A stretch of DNA of 46,876 nt, taken from positions 1 through 46,876 of the forward strand of contig MU006038.1 of NCBI GenBank assembly GCA_010093745.1, written 5' to 3'. The DNA comes from Piedraia hortae CBS 480.64 (lineage: Eukaryota). Shown one piece after another: positions 23,459-34,020 of this stretch (the stretch's first letter is position 1; the number at the start of each line of letters is the position of its first letter). The notes beneath the pieces were generated by a model. That model ran no database searches and was not told where the DNA came from. It saw nothing but the letters and a program-made list of their open reading frames with translations. The translations under genes and the position numbers were made by a program.

Positions 23459-24270
23459 ATGGACGTCCCCAATGTGCAGCCTGGCGGATCGCTGCTCGTG
23501 GCGTGGCAGGTGAGAGACAAGCGCGTCGTGGTCGTGGGCGGCGGCGAGGTGAGCAACCTCCCTGTGTCTGCTGGCCGTTGCCGACCGTTGCTGACCCGCT
23601 CCAGGTGGCCGCCGGCCGCATTCTAAACCTACTGAACGCCGATGCCAAAGTCACCGTCATCTGTCCGCGCCAAGGCCTCAATAAGGAGGTAGCCTATCGC
23701 GTCACCCAGAAGCAAGTAAACCATGTAGACCGCGTATTTGAGCCGTCGGACCTTGACGATACGGCCATTGTCATGGTCTTAACGGCCATCGATGATCCCG
23801 AAGCTTCAACTCGCATATGGAAGCTGTGCAAAGAGAAGCGAATCCCCGTTAACGTCGCTGACGTGCCGCCCGAATGTGACTTCTACTTTGGCAGCGTGCA
23901 CCGCGACGGCCCTCTGCAGATCATGGTCAGCACCAACGGCAACGGCCCCAAGATGGCGGCCATGGTGCGCAAGTCCCTTGCGCAAAATCTGCCTCCCAAC
24001 TTGGGCGACGCAATCACAAAGGTCGGCGCGCTGCGAAAGAAGCTGCGGATGCTGGCGCCTGGCAACGACCAAGGCCCCAAAAGGATGACGTGGATGTCCA
24101 AGGTCTGCACCAACTGGAGCCTTGAGGATCTCTGTGACATGAACGAGGATGACATGGACGCCCTGTTGCAGTTCTACGAGCCTGACCAGACCCCAAGTCT
24201 GAATAAACTACGACACGGGGAGGACGAGTCCATTTTCGACGGCTCATTCGGATGGTCATGTGTTATATAG
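23459..24270 (+). CDS. MET8: Precorrin-2 dehydrogenase / sirohydrochlorin ferrochelatase (siroheme synthesis); 2 exons
   Basis: GGSLLVAWQV...VVVVGGGE|VAAGR, VNVADVPPECDFYFG and STNGNGPK; intron at 23549-23604. Confidence 0.93.
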
Positions 24271-24322
24271 AATCCATAGATAAAACTCTCCGTCACCACC
24301 TCCCTCCATCACCACCTCCATC

Positions 24323-25540
24323 ATGCCAACCAAAACCAGCTACTATGACCGCGACGTGAACTTCGACCGCCTCACCGCCGCCGACCCAGATATCGCTCCC
24401 CTACTCAAATCCAGCAAAGCGCGAGGACATATAAACTTCCAAGACGCCAAAACCGTGCAACAACTAACCTACAGCCTCCTCAAATGCGACTTCGGTCTGA
24501 CCATCACCCTTCCTGACGACCGCCTCTGCCCACCCGTTCCCGTTCGATGGAACTACATCCACTGGATCCAGGAACTCCTCGACACCACCAGCCCAACCTA
24601 CCACGTTCGCGAAGCTATCCGTGGCCACGACATAGGTGTCGGCGCCTCATGCATCTACCCATTACTTGCCTGTTCATCCCGTCAGGGATGGACCTTCACC
24701 GGCACCGAAATCGACCCTCACTCCCTCTCCTTCGCCCAACACAACATCAACACCAACAGCCTCAGCGACCGCATCACCCTCGCTCTCGTCTCCCCCGACG
24801 CGTCCCTAATCCCAACCCAAGGGAACCTAGATTTCACAATGACAAACCCCCCCTTCTACTCCACCACCTCCGACCTGGAAGCCGACAACTCAACCCCCAA
24901 ATCGAACCCCGCGTCAGCAGTCTGCACCGGCTCCGCAAACGAAATGGTCACACCCGGCGGTGAGGTCGCCTTCGTAACAAGAATAATCACCGAAAGTCTC
25001 ATCCTGAAAGACAAAGTCCAGTGGTATACCGCCATGCTGGGCCATTTACACAGCCTCCAAACCATTGTCATAACCCTAAAAAGGCATAAAATCGGAAATT
25101 TTGCGGTCGCGTCGCTTCAAGCAGGATGGAAGACGAATCGGTGGGCTGTTGCGTGGAGTTTTAGGGACTTTAGACCTAGGTGTGATGTTGCCAGGCATGG
25201 GAACCTCGTGAGGAATGTGTTACCCGTCGCAACGGCGAGGACGGTGCAGTGTGGGGATGCGTTTGCGGCGAGGAAACTTGATGAGGCGATGCGGGGGTTG
25301 GGGGTTGAGTGGAAGTGGGAGGTTGAGGGGAAGGTAGGGATTGTGATGGCTGAGAGGAATGTGTGGTCAAGAGCTGCTAGAAGACGAAGAGATTCGAGGG
25401 AGCCTCCGGCTCCCAGGGAGGTTTTGCTCGCTTGCAGGATAGTGCTGCAGGGTATTTCGGTGGAAGTAAACTGGTTGAAGGGGAATGATGATGTGCTGTT
25501 TCTGTCGTTTTGTGGGATGTTGAAGAGATTGCTTGCGTGA
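24323..25540 (+). CDS. METTL16: METTL16/RlmF-family U6 snRNA m6A methyltransferase
   Basis: DRLCPPVPVR.NY, DIGVGASCIYPLL, catalytic NPPF, GGEVAFV and RWAVAWSF. Confidence 0.92.
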   Translation: MPTKTSYYDRDVNFDRLTAADPDIAPLLKSSKARGHINFQDAKTVQQLTYSLLKCDFGLTITLPDDRLCPPVPVRWNYIHWIQELLDTTSPTYHVREAIRGHDIGVGASCIYPLLACSSRQGWTFTGTEIDPHSLSFAQHNINTNSLSDRITLALVSPDASLIPTQGNLDFTMTNPPFYSTTSDLEADNSTPKSNPASAVCTGSANEMVTPGGEVAFVTRIITESLILKDKVQWYTAMLGHLHSLQTIVITLKRHKIGNFAVASLQAGWKTNRWAVAWSFRDFRPRCDVARHGNLVRNVLPVATARTVQCGDAFAARKLDEAMRGLGVEWKWEVEGKVGIVMAERNVWSRAARRRRDSREPPAPREVLLACRIVLQGISVEVNWLKGNDDVLFLSFCGMLKRLLA

Positions 25541-26052
25541 GAGAAATAAGAAAGATGAGAGACTAGACATTCGATCAAAATTTTTATGGTTGCTCATCGG
25601 TGGATGGGCCTAGACTTGTGCAGGGTGTGGAGCAGCTGGACTGAAGCGTTGTAAATTTGTGAAAGCTCTCGTTCGTGATCGAGCAACCTTGAGTTAAAGG
25701 TTTTACCACGACATCGGTGGGAACAACGATGGAGTCCAAGGAAGCAATCTGTTCATTAGTCCCCTGAGCAAGTCTAGCGTAAATTATCAGCGGGCGTTCA
25801 CAGATTCCATAAACAACCACCCGCAGCCCGCGCAACAGTCTCAACTAACGTAAACACTGGTATAACATAGAGCAAGGCTTTGCGCATCTACTCCACGAAT
25901 CTGCCAGGTTCTTAGAGCGCTACTCGCTTACGTTGGGCAAAGCTGAGAGACCCCATTACTGGTGGGGTAATAGTCTCTGGTAACGAACGTCCTGCCACGT
26001 CGGGATGGGAATCGCCTTATGGCGGTATAGGCTCCCATCCCGCCCACGCTAG

Positions 26053-26400
26053 TTTTTCCAGTCATGCTCAGCGGAGCGATGTGCCATCATGGCCTGTACG
26101 GTTTCCATGGTATGATTGCATCGGTTGCAGGATACCACCACCAGGGTAAACTGGAAACTCGTCCAGGGGTTCGCTCAATAATTCCGGGAACACCACGTCC
26201 TTGAACCTTTGGGCAGCCAGGGGAGGTGTTTCGATGGAGATTTGAAGCTCACGCCTCTGGTTGACCGTGATATTCTTGTGTTCGTTGCGGTCAAAGTGCC
26301 CCCTGACGCAATCCGCCATCATTCCAATCTCGCACGCCGCGCATTGGACCATCTTGAGACTTGGATGCGGAATAAATAGCCAATGGTGCTTGGCTCCGAT
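26053..26400 (-). pseudogene. DUF3505/OrsD-like zinc-finger fragment, frameshifted
   Basis: QCAACEIG...GHF...EH...VVFP...FPVY, then after a frameshift SCNRCNHT...MMAHRSAEHDW. This is the tandem C2H2-like architecture of DUF3505 N-termini. Confidence 0.5.
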
Positions 26401-26629
26401 ATCGCGGTGGTCCGTTCGTGCATGATCTCACGGGGACGATGGTTCGTGTAAGGAGTTGTCTTTGTTGCCGGGTTTGCGATCTAGTTGACGGCCTCAAGGT
26501 CCGTTGGATAGCAGTGGCTAGTGCAACAAGAGTTACATTGGAGTCAGAGTTCTCCTTCGAGTTGTAGATATCGGAGTCATTGTTCTCAATGTCATCGTTT
26601 GATGATTCATCATCGGCGTCGGTGATCTC

Positions 26630-26745
26630 GTAACAGCATCCTGGTGGTCAAGGCGGTGGTGATTAGCCGTGAAATCCCTATGTCCCGTCATCAGGGCTAG
26701 GAGGTGTGGCAGGTCGGCCCTTTTCAGCTGTATTGCAGAGGGCAC
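26630..26745 (-). mobile_element. Diverged LINE ORF2 C-terminal fragment
   Basis: LLALMTGHRDFTANHHRLDHQDAV aligns by eye with LLVLRTGHGDFAAYHRRFHHDNAV of the adjacent LINE. Confidence 0.65.
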
Positions 26746-27134
26746 ATAAACCAATGATGAGTGAGATTTGTGGATGAATGGAGGGATGTGTTGAAAAACG
26801 GAGAGAACGCGTTGGTGCCATGACCTACGACGACAAGGATGCGATGGCGCGTGGTGTTAAGATAACATGTTTTGCGTGATACGCAACGGACAAAGCCATG
26901 GCCCTGCAGAATCTCTTATACGGAAACGGGCTTTGCGGAGGGTGGAGAAAGATGAGGCCCGCTTGGATGTTTTTTCCGGCCATCCTTGTTTACGAAAGAC
27001 GTAGGGCGAGCAATCTCGGCAGGACGCTATCATTGTACTCCTTCGATGTCTAAGGTTACGAGTGTGCAGGCAAGTTTGTTGTGCTATGCGGTCCCAATGT
27101 TGTGTACCAGACAGTCTACGAGGTCGGTCGCTGA

Positions 27135-29572
27135 TTTGATTTGATTTGATTTGATGTTTAACGCCGGGCGAAATGACCGCTAACGGCCATTCGCAGCCTC
27201 CCAAAGGGCATGAGGGCGTGCTAAACTAGGTCTACCTACATACGTTAGGTTCTTTAGCAAGCATCTTGAGCCTCAATGGGCTGTTATCCAGCCGCGGTCC
27301 TCCTCCGCATTGCGAGGATAGCCTGCGGCCTGTGTTTCCCATAGATGTTGCTCAGCCACGCGGACAGATTTCTCGAAAGAAACCTGTGTTGGCAACAAAC
27401 GCGGCAAAGTCTGTGGGCCTTCTGACCAGGTCGGCAAGATACTTCTTCCGCCCTTCGAAATCCAGCATCCGCCTCGGTCCATCCCAGAACCAAGGCCAGA
27501 CTCACCACTGGCGAACAACCCGCGGGCAATGCACAAAGTGCTAAGAGGCCTTTGGTCGGCCGCACCTGCAGTTGAGAACTGCGTTGTCGTGATGGAAGCG
27601 GCGATGGTATGCCGCAAAGTCTCCGTGTCCCGTTCTCAGCACCAGAAGGCGCTGAAGGATCGGGCGTCCCAGGTGGAGTTCGGCGTTCTCCCGCACCGCA
27701 TACGGGAGTCGCCAGGACTTGTAAAGGTCAGAGAGGGTCGCTTCCAGCTCCCGCCAGTGCTGTCTCTCTATGTCGTCCAGAATCTTCTTGGCCTCGGACT
27801 TGATGCCAGCGGCCGTTGGTCCAGCCTCCGGGTCCAGATCGCCCTTGCTGCCGTCCTTTGCTAGTTCGTCTGCGGTCTCGTTGCCCTGGACGTCGCAATG
27901 TCCTGGACACCACTTGATTTCGACGTCGTGCGCATCGGCAACTTGGTGAAACGCTTGAAACGCCCAGTGGAACGAGATAGAGGCATCCGCACGTAAACAC
28001 CAGATGACGGCCGTGTTGTCAACACAGATCCATATCCTTCCCTGCCCTGTCCTTTCCCGGTGTGCAACAGCCCGCTCTAGGGCGCGCCACGCACCTACTG
28101 CCTCGGCGTCAAACACGGCTGAGCAGGGGTCGATCCTCGCCTTGCCCATCCCCACGTACTGGCCGCCTTGTTGGAGGACGTAGCCATAGCCAATGTCCCA
28201 TTTGCCCGTCTGTGAACCGTCGCTGAACGCCGCGATATCTGACGAGGGTAGGGTGGAGAGCTACGACACAAAGTGTGCTGCGGCCTCTTCTTTGGACTTG
28301 CCGTTCGTAGGATCTAACCGACATCCGGCGGTGAAGCGTCGATCAAGCAGAGGGGGTCGGTCAATCTCTTGCAGTAAAAATCCTGCCCGTTGTAGTTTTG
28401 TCCTCAGCCTCAAGGTGCGGCTGCGCATTGTTTGGGTAGTGGAAGCCCTGATTGCCAGCGGGTGCTTTCCATCTACAGTTCGGATCCGTCGTGCAAAACG
28501 AAGTCGTGCATCTTCGAGCGCCATTCGTGCCGTCGGCAGCCCTGCCTCTCTGCTGAGTGCCGCTCCTGGCTCCAGCATGTAGCACCTTCTGTACTTCTTC
28601 AATGTGCCAGTCAATGCCAGCGCGGATCGTGCCCCTGCCGTTGGCTGCGGGTTTTTCCCGTCCCCCGTACTACGCCTCCACTCCATATAGAGCCGTTGGA
28701 ATTACACAGGTGACTACAGCTTTTCTCAACGCAGCAGCAGGCGGACCATAGGAACATCCGGCCAGACTACGAAGGTGGTTCGTGATTTTCCGTGCCTTCG
28801 CACACCGCTCGGTGACGTGTTTCTTGAAGCTCAGCTTGCGGTCCAAGTGAACTCCCAGCCACTTGATAGCAGGCAGGGGCCCATCCGTGGTGGGCTCGAT
28901 TGAGAATGTGTCGCTAGCTACCAGGACGCGAGCCCCTGCGTCTCTGCCTCGCGAAAAATGCATCAATTCTGCTTTTTCTGGCGCGAATTGTACTTTATTG
29001 GCTTCGCCCCATTCGAGAACGGCGCGAACATCCTCCGCCAGTGCGTCAGTAGACTCTTCAAGGTCCTTTCCTACCCTGTAAAGGCAAATGTCATCGGCAT
29101 AGCCAAATCGTAGCTGTTGGTTCTGATTCAACAGCTCCGCAAGGTATAGTAGGTAGAGGACAGGAGACAACGGGCTGCCCTGGGGGGTCCCACAGGTGAC
29201 AGCAGCTGGCGGAGTAGTCTGTTCTTCCACCCTCACTCGGGTGCTGCGTCCTGAGAGAAATGAGTTGACGAATCTCAGCAATTCGATGGGCCAACCCTGA
29301 CGCCGCATGCGATCCAGCCAACGGCGGGGCAGAAGAGCGTCAAAGGCGCCTTGGACGTCGAGAAGAGCCATGGATACGACTTGCTTTCTGGCAAACGCAA
29401 TCTCAACATCGTGCACGAAGGAGGCCACAAGGTCCATGGCCGATCTTTTGGGGAGGGCCCCGCAGTGCTGAGAGCTGATGATGCCGGTTCGAAGAGCAGC
29501 CCATGAGATTCTCCCAGCCACGAGCCGCTCCAAGCCTTTTCCGAGGCAAGATAGGAGCGCTATTGGCCTCAG
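27135..29572 (-). mobile_element. 5'-truncated Tad1-like LINE (RT, RNase H, C-terminal Cys/His motif), with stops and frameshifts
   Basis: RPIALLSCLGK, GTPQGSPLSP, GYADD and RNase H WCPGH..VQGNETAD; (TCAAA)n 3' tail; 13-bp TSD GGTCGGTCGCTGA at 27122-27134 and 29573-29585. Confidence 0.93.
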
Positions 29573-29959
29573 GGTCGGTCGCTGACTGTCCTCGGATTGC
29601 TGGGTTGGTACAGTTTGCTCTTGATGGCCCAAAATCTCAGACGTCGCCCCAGTCCCAGGTATGATAAGAGGGATATGGGCCATCAGGTACCGTTGCATGC
29701 ACGCGCTGGAACCAAGGTTCGATAACAGCTGGATCCTCGCACTTCATGGTGTTGGTGGTGAGAAGGTAGAAGGTGGAACGGTGTGGGAAAAAACTTCGGG
29801 CAGTCTTAAGAAAACGTCACCCTCTCCCACGAGCTGCCCACAGCATTCAGGGTTACGTGTTGCTCGCATAGTGTAAAAAACGATCGAGACCACAACTCGC
29901 GGGCCCTGAGGGTGGACTGGAAGGTTGGGCTTTCTCGACTGCTCAAGTATTACAGAATA

Positions 29960-30720
29960 TGTTCACCAGCATCTCCGCAGTTTAATTCAGGAGGCGATTT
30001 CGCAACTTGCTGTGAATATACCCGAACGTGGACCAGTTAATTTCTGAGGCACTTGATGTTCGGGCAATTGACATGAGCTGTTTCGCCAACTCCGACATCT
30101 CGTCCTCGTAGTGCATAGACCAAGTGATGTGGTCAATACCACACACGTGGCCCAAATGGCTTTGTCGGCGTAGGGGCCTTGCCTTGCGTGAAATTAAACT
30201 ATTCACTGGTTTAACTTCTTGGCCTTAGGTCTTCGTATCTTTGGTATAGCCAATTCCTGATCGAGAGGCTCACCGAAAGGATCAATTCAGGACGTCGATC
30301 TTCCGGCAAAGAAGGATCCAGAATTGCGGCCAAAAGAATTGGTGATGACTGGATTTTGCTAGCGCTTCGAGATAACCTTCTCCAGAGCCTCCCGCGCGAC
30401 TAAATCTACACACTTCCGAGTAGCCTGGCTTACCCTGCGAAACTGGCCGTAGACGTGAGATCACCTGGGCTTGATAACTTCCGACAGCTGCTGCAGGCCG
30501 GCCCACCACAAATTGTCCTTAACGAGCGTACGCAATCTGTCGTGCTCCTTTGTGTTCTTGGTGCCAGCTTTGAAACCAGGGGCCCCTCACGCCTAGTTTT
30601 ACCTTCTCTTCTGAAGCAGGGTCCAGGCAGTTGTTGTTCGACTGCCTGCTGGTCCTGGAGCAGCTGGTCGCTGTAACTCTACTCTTTGTTCTTAACATAT
30701 CCCCTATGACGTTCAACGAA
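29960..30720 (-). pseudogene. Decayed hAT transposase (C-terminal part with dimerization domain)
   Basis: LVKDNLWWAGLQQLSEVIKP, PILLAAILDP and SSASEINWSTFGYIHSKLRNRL across frameshifts. Confidence 0.7.
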
Positions 30721-30819
30721 TTTGGCTGACCAGTTTTTGCTTAGGGTCTGTTTGCACATCCATTTGCGGCAAAAAACGCTCGCACAAAAGAGCTGTTACG
30801 ACCCGTGATGTGGCAATCA

Positions 30820-31300
30820 TCATACGCCCACTGGGTGTAGTCGTTGAGTGGGGCTATCCAATAGGGACCAGGGCAATGGGTCGTCCGTCTCCACTGGCTG
30901 GATGGACGGGTTGTTCCCCACCACCCGAAACATCTCCTCCAGGTACTCGAACTTTGGGAGGCCGGCCTTATCCCTCCCCGTCGTGCCGAGCCTGTCGCAA
31001 TGGACTTCCATGTAGTTTTTGTACTGGTCCTCCAAAGCAGTCCGTTTGCTTTTGCATTAAATCATTGTCACGGGGTATTGGACTGGTAATTTGGGTTAGT
31101 ATATAAGACGGAAGTGATAGCTGTAGACTCACTCTTGTCGGGGCAAGTCCTCCACCGCATGCTTCTCACGTGGGCATTTGCCAGCGTCTGCCAGTGGCTT
31201 TTCTGGTCACCGTTGTCCGCAGCCGCGAACAGTGGCTGCATCTGTTCGCGAAGGGTGATCAAACGGAGTGTCTCCCGCGCTCAGGCCTTGCTGGCATTGC
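30820..31300 (-). pseudogene. Myb/SANT-like (trihelix-type) DNA-binding protein remnant, probably TE-derived
   Basis: A*ARETLRLITLREQMQPLF...KSHWQTLA, then QYKNY...LGTTG...FEYLEEMFRVVGNNPSIQP. Confidence 0.5.
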
Positions 31301-33464
31301 CCCTCTTGCAAGCGGCATGGTGATCCGTCGCCTCCTGCCCTCGCACGCGCTTGTTTGCCTCCTTGTCGCGAGCTTTCCTCGCCTTCCTGGCCGCCTGATC
31401 CGCATTTTATGCCTGTCGCACGTCGCGCCTCACATGCGCGACCTGCTCGTTCCTCGATGTCATTGGGACATCGCTGGGTGGAATTGGTTGAAATGGGATG
31501 CTGAGGGCAATTGTTGGGGGAAAATGTCGGGCAGTTTGGAGGAAAAAACTGTTCTACCAAATTCGTGGGAAATTGCTCGTCTAGGTGCATCCATTGTTGT
31601 GTGAGTGTAGGAGTCCTCAGGGACGTGAGGGAATTTTGCTTCTTTTTGGCCTGGCAGTGCCAAGAGCGGAGGCATTGTATAATGGTGCCTCTCAGATCAA
31701 CTCGGCGGAATCGCAAATTGGGAAACCTTATAGAACCAATTAATGGAGCAGACGACTTCTCGATCTACGTTACCACATGCGTGACTCCTTCCACGAGCCT
31801 TCGACGGTGGGATATACACATGGTAGACCAACTTCGTCAAGGCAATTTGCGAGCCTTTTGCTTCAGGCTTAGGCAAAAAGGGTAAGAAATATCTCACAAA
31901 CATCGCGGTAAAGTCTAATAGCGTCCATAGGATCCGCATTAAGCAATCACAGAGCCGTGCAAGCGAAAATACAATTCACTGCGTCATGACGAGAAAGCTT
32001 ATATGACGCGTTGCATGAGACAAACACCGGTTCTCCTATGTCATTGAGACGCACGGCGAGCGAGAGCTCTGTACGATTACAGAGAGTGTTTCCGCAATCC
32101 GTCAGTCAACCCCTCCATTCGTTAATCGCGAATGAACTGGATAAAGGGCTTGTTTAGTTTGTTTGTATCATTGACGCCGAGGAGTTGTCGTCCCGAAGGA
32201 CTGCCCGGGGCCTCTCGAGGGGCATTGGGGCGTGCTATATAAGCTAGGTAAGGTATTTACGACCTTGTGACCGACCTAGCCAGCTAATTTAACTTCGAGG
32301 GGTTTTTCGAAGGAAGTCGGGTCGTGGAAATTCTCTACAAAGCGAGGAATGTCCACGGGGCTGTAGTTACCATTGTTCCTGTGCCGCACCAAACTATAAG
32401 AGTAGACGTGATGTTTCAGTACACAGCAAGCCAACGAGCCATTAGGGTCGCTCTTAACCTAAGCCATTCAGCAATGCCAATGATATTGCCTTCAACAAGC
32501 CTGTGAGTCAAGGATTCTACAAGGTTTTGTCGTTCGGTTCAGCAAGCCCAGCTCTTGATCATTTGAGGATGTTTACTAGACAAAATGGGAAGCGTCGGCG
32601 AAGGCATTCTCCTCCTGTGGCTGCACTTGCAGCTTCCAGCCAACATCTTGGGAGATTCCCCATGATTATTGTTGGTGCGTGCTCCTGAGGGCATGACAAT
32701 TACTGCGCTCTGACTGAGGACATCACTTCCTAACTGGCAGCAAGAAGAGGGTGAATGTTTTGGTTCTTCACGCCGGGCAGCTCGAGCGCAGGAAAGTGGA
32801 AGCAGCCCTACGAATATGGCTCTACAATCGTAAGGACGGTGAATATACGTCAACGATGATTCCACGAAGTCACTTCCACCACGACTTTTGCCAGTGCATT
32901 AGCACCTAGCACCTGCTTCCCATCAGTTGACGCGTCTTCAGAATGCGTGTTCGCCATGCCAGGCTGAAAACATTGGTCTTGCTGTTTGATACGATTTAGG
33001 GTGCAAGGGTTGATGTAAATGCTCTGCAATAGGTCAACCTTCGCCGGGGAAAGGGACTTTCGAAGCGGCGAGTGAATGAGATTTGAAATTGAAAGGGCCT
33101 CTCCGCTGCGACCAAGTTGGCCGGAGTCATGACGAGACTGCGTCCCACCAACGATAACGCGTAGGAGTGGCCCGTTTATCTGCTCCCAGAAAGACTGCCA
33201 GCCTTGATCGAGAGTTCCAGAAGCCGGCCCGCGGATGGAAAATACCCTCACGGTGACGGAATTCATTGAACTTCTCCATTGCACCGACCGGGTCATCGGA
33301 CAGCTGCTGTATAACCTTAAACAAAGACAGGTGCCAGTCCTGTTCCTTGCGAAAGGGAATAAGGTTAGCCATTGTAGGCGACTGCGGAACCCAGGACGAA
33401 GGCCGCGGTATGATAATCGATCATATGCTCGTTAAACCTGTACACAGCCAATCCCGCATCAGAC

Positions 33465-33780
33465 TGCCACCACCTGAAATCTAAAATCAGGGTACCATAG
33501 GGTCATGTTTTCAGGCTGTCACAGTCTGCGTTCCAGGAGACCTGAGATCAGGATGTCACAGGGCGTTGTTTTCCAGGCTGTCATGGCCTGAATCCTGTGG
33601 TATCTGCAATCAGGATGTCACAGAGTATTCTTTTCAGGCTATCACGGTCTGAAATTTGTGGGATCTTAAGGCAGATTGTGACATGTTGCTTGGCACAAGC
33701 CTGTCACTGGACAAGTTTTCAGGCTGAAATCCGACATTTATCAGATGCTCCGCATTTGAATATCACAACTGAGAAACCGG
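33465..33780. repeat. Left subterminal repeat array (about 61-bp period; TTTCAGGCTG core)
   Basis: TTT(T/C)CAGGCT units near 33508, 33570, 33631 and 33716; ATCAGGATGTCACAG occurs twice. Confidence 0.75.
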
Positions 33781-34020
33781 GGAAAGTAATCAAGTGACAA
33801 GATCGAGACTGACACAGCGTGGACCTGAACTACCTGGTTCTGAAACTACATAATAAGGGACATTTCATCAACATGTGCAAAATGAATCAAAACTGTCAAA
33901 AGCCACGCGGTGGTGGAGAAACCCTGTCACGCTTGGCCTGCCAATCAGCTATGCAAATTAAGCATATGGACATCGACCCTCCAGCGGCTAGACACGCTCT
34001 CTGCCTCGTGCTGCCATACA

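Noticed and set aside
23459..25600. METTL16 autoregulatory UACAGARAA hairpin near MET8/METTL16
   Set aside because: No such nonamer was spotted by eye in or around these genes.
33500..33730. CRISPR-like array
   Set aside because: Eukaryotic context, degenerate units with no unique spacers; explained as transposon subterminal repeats.
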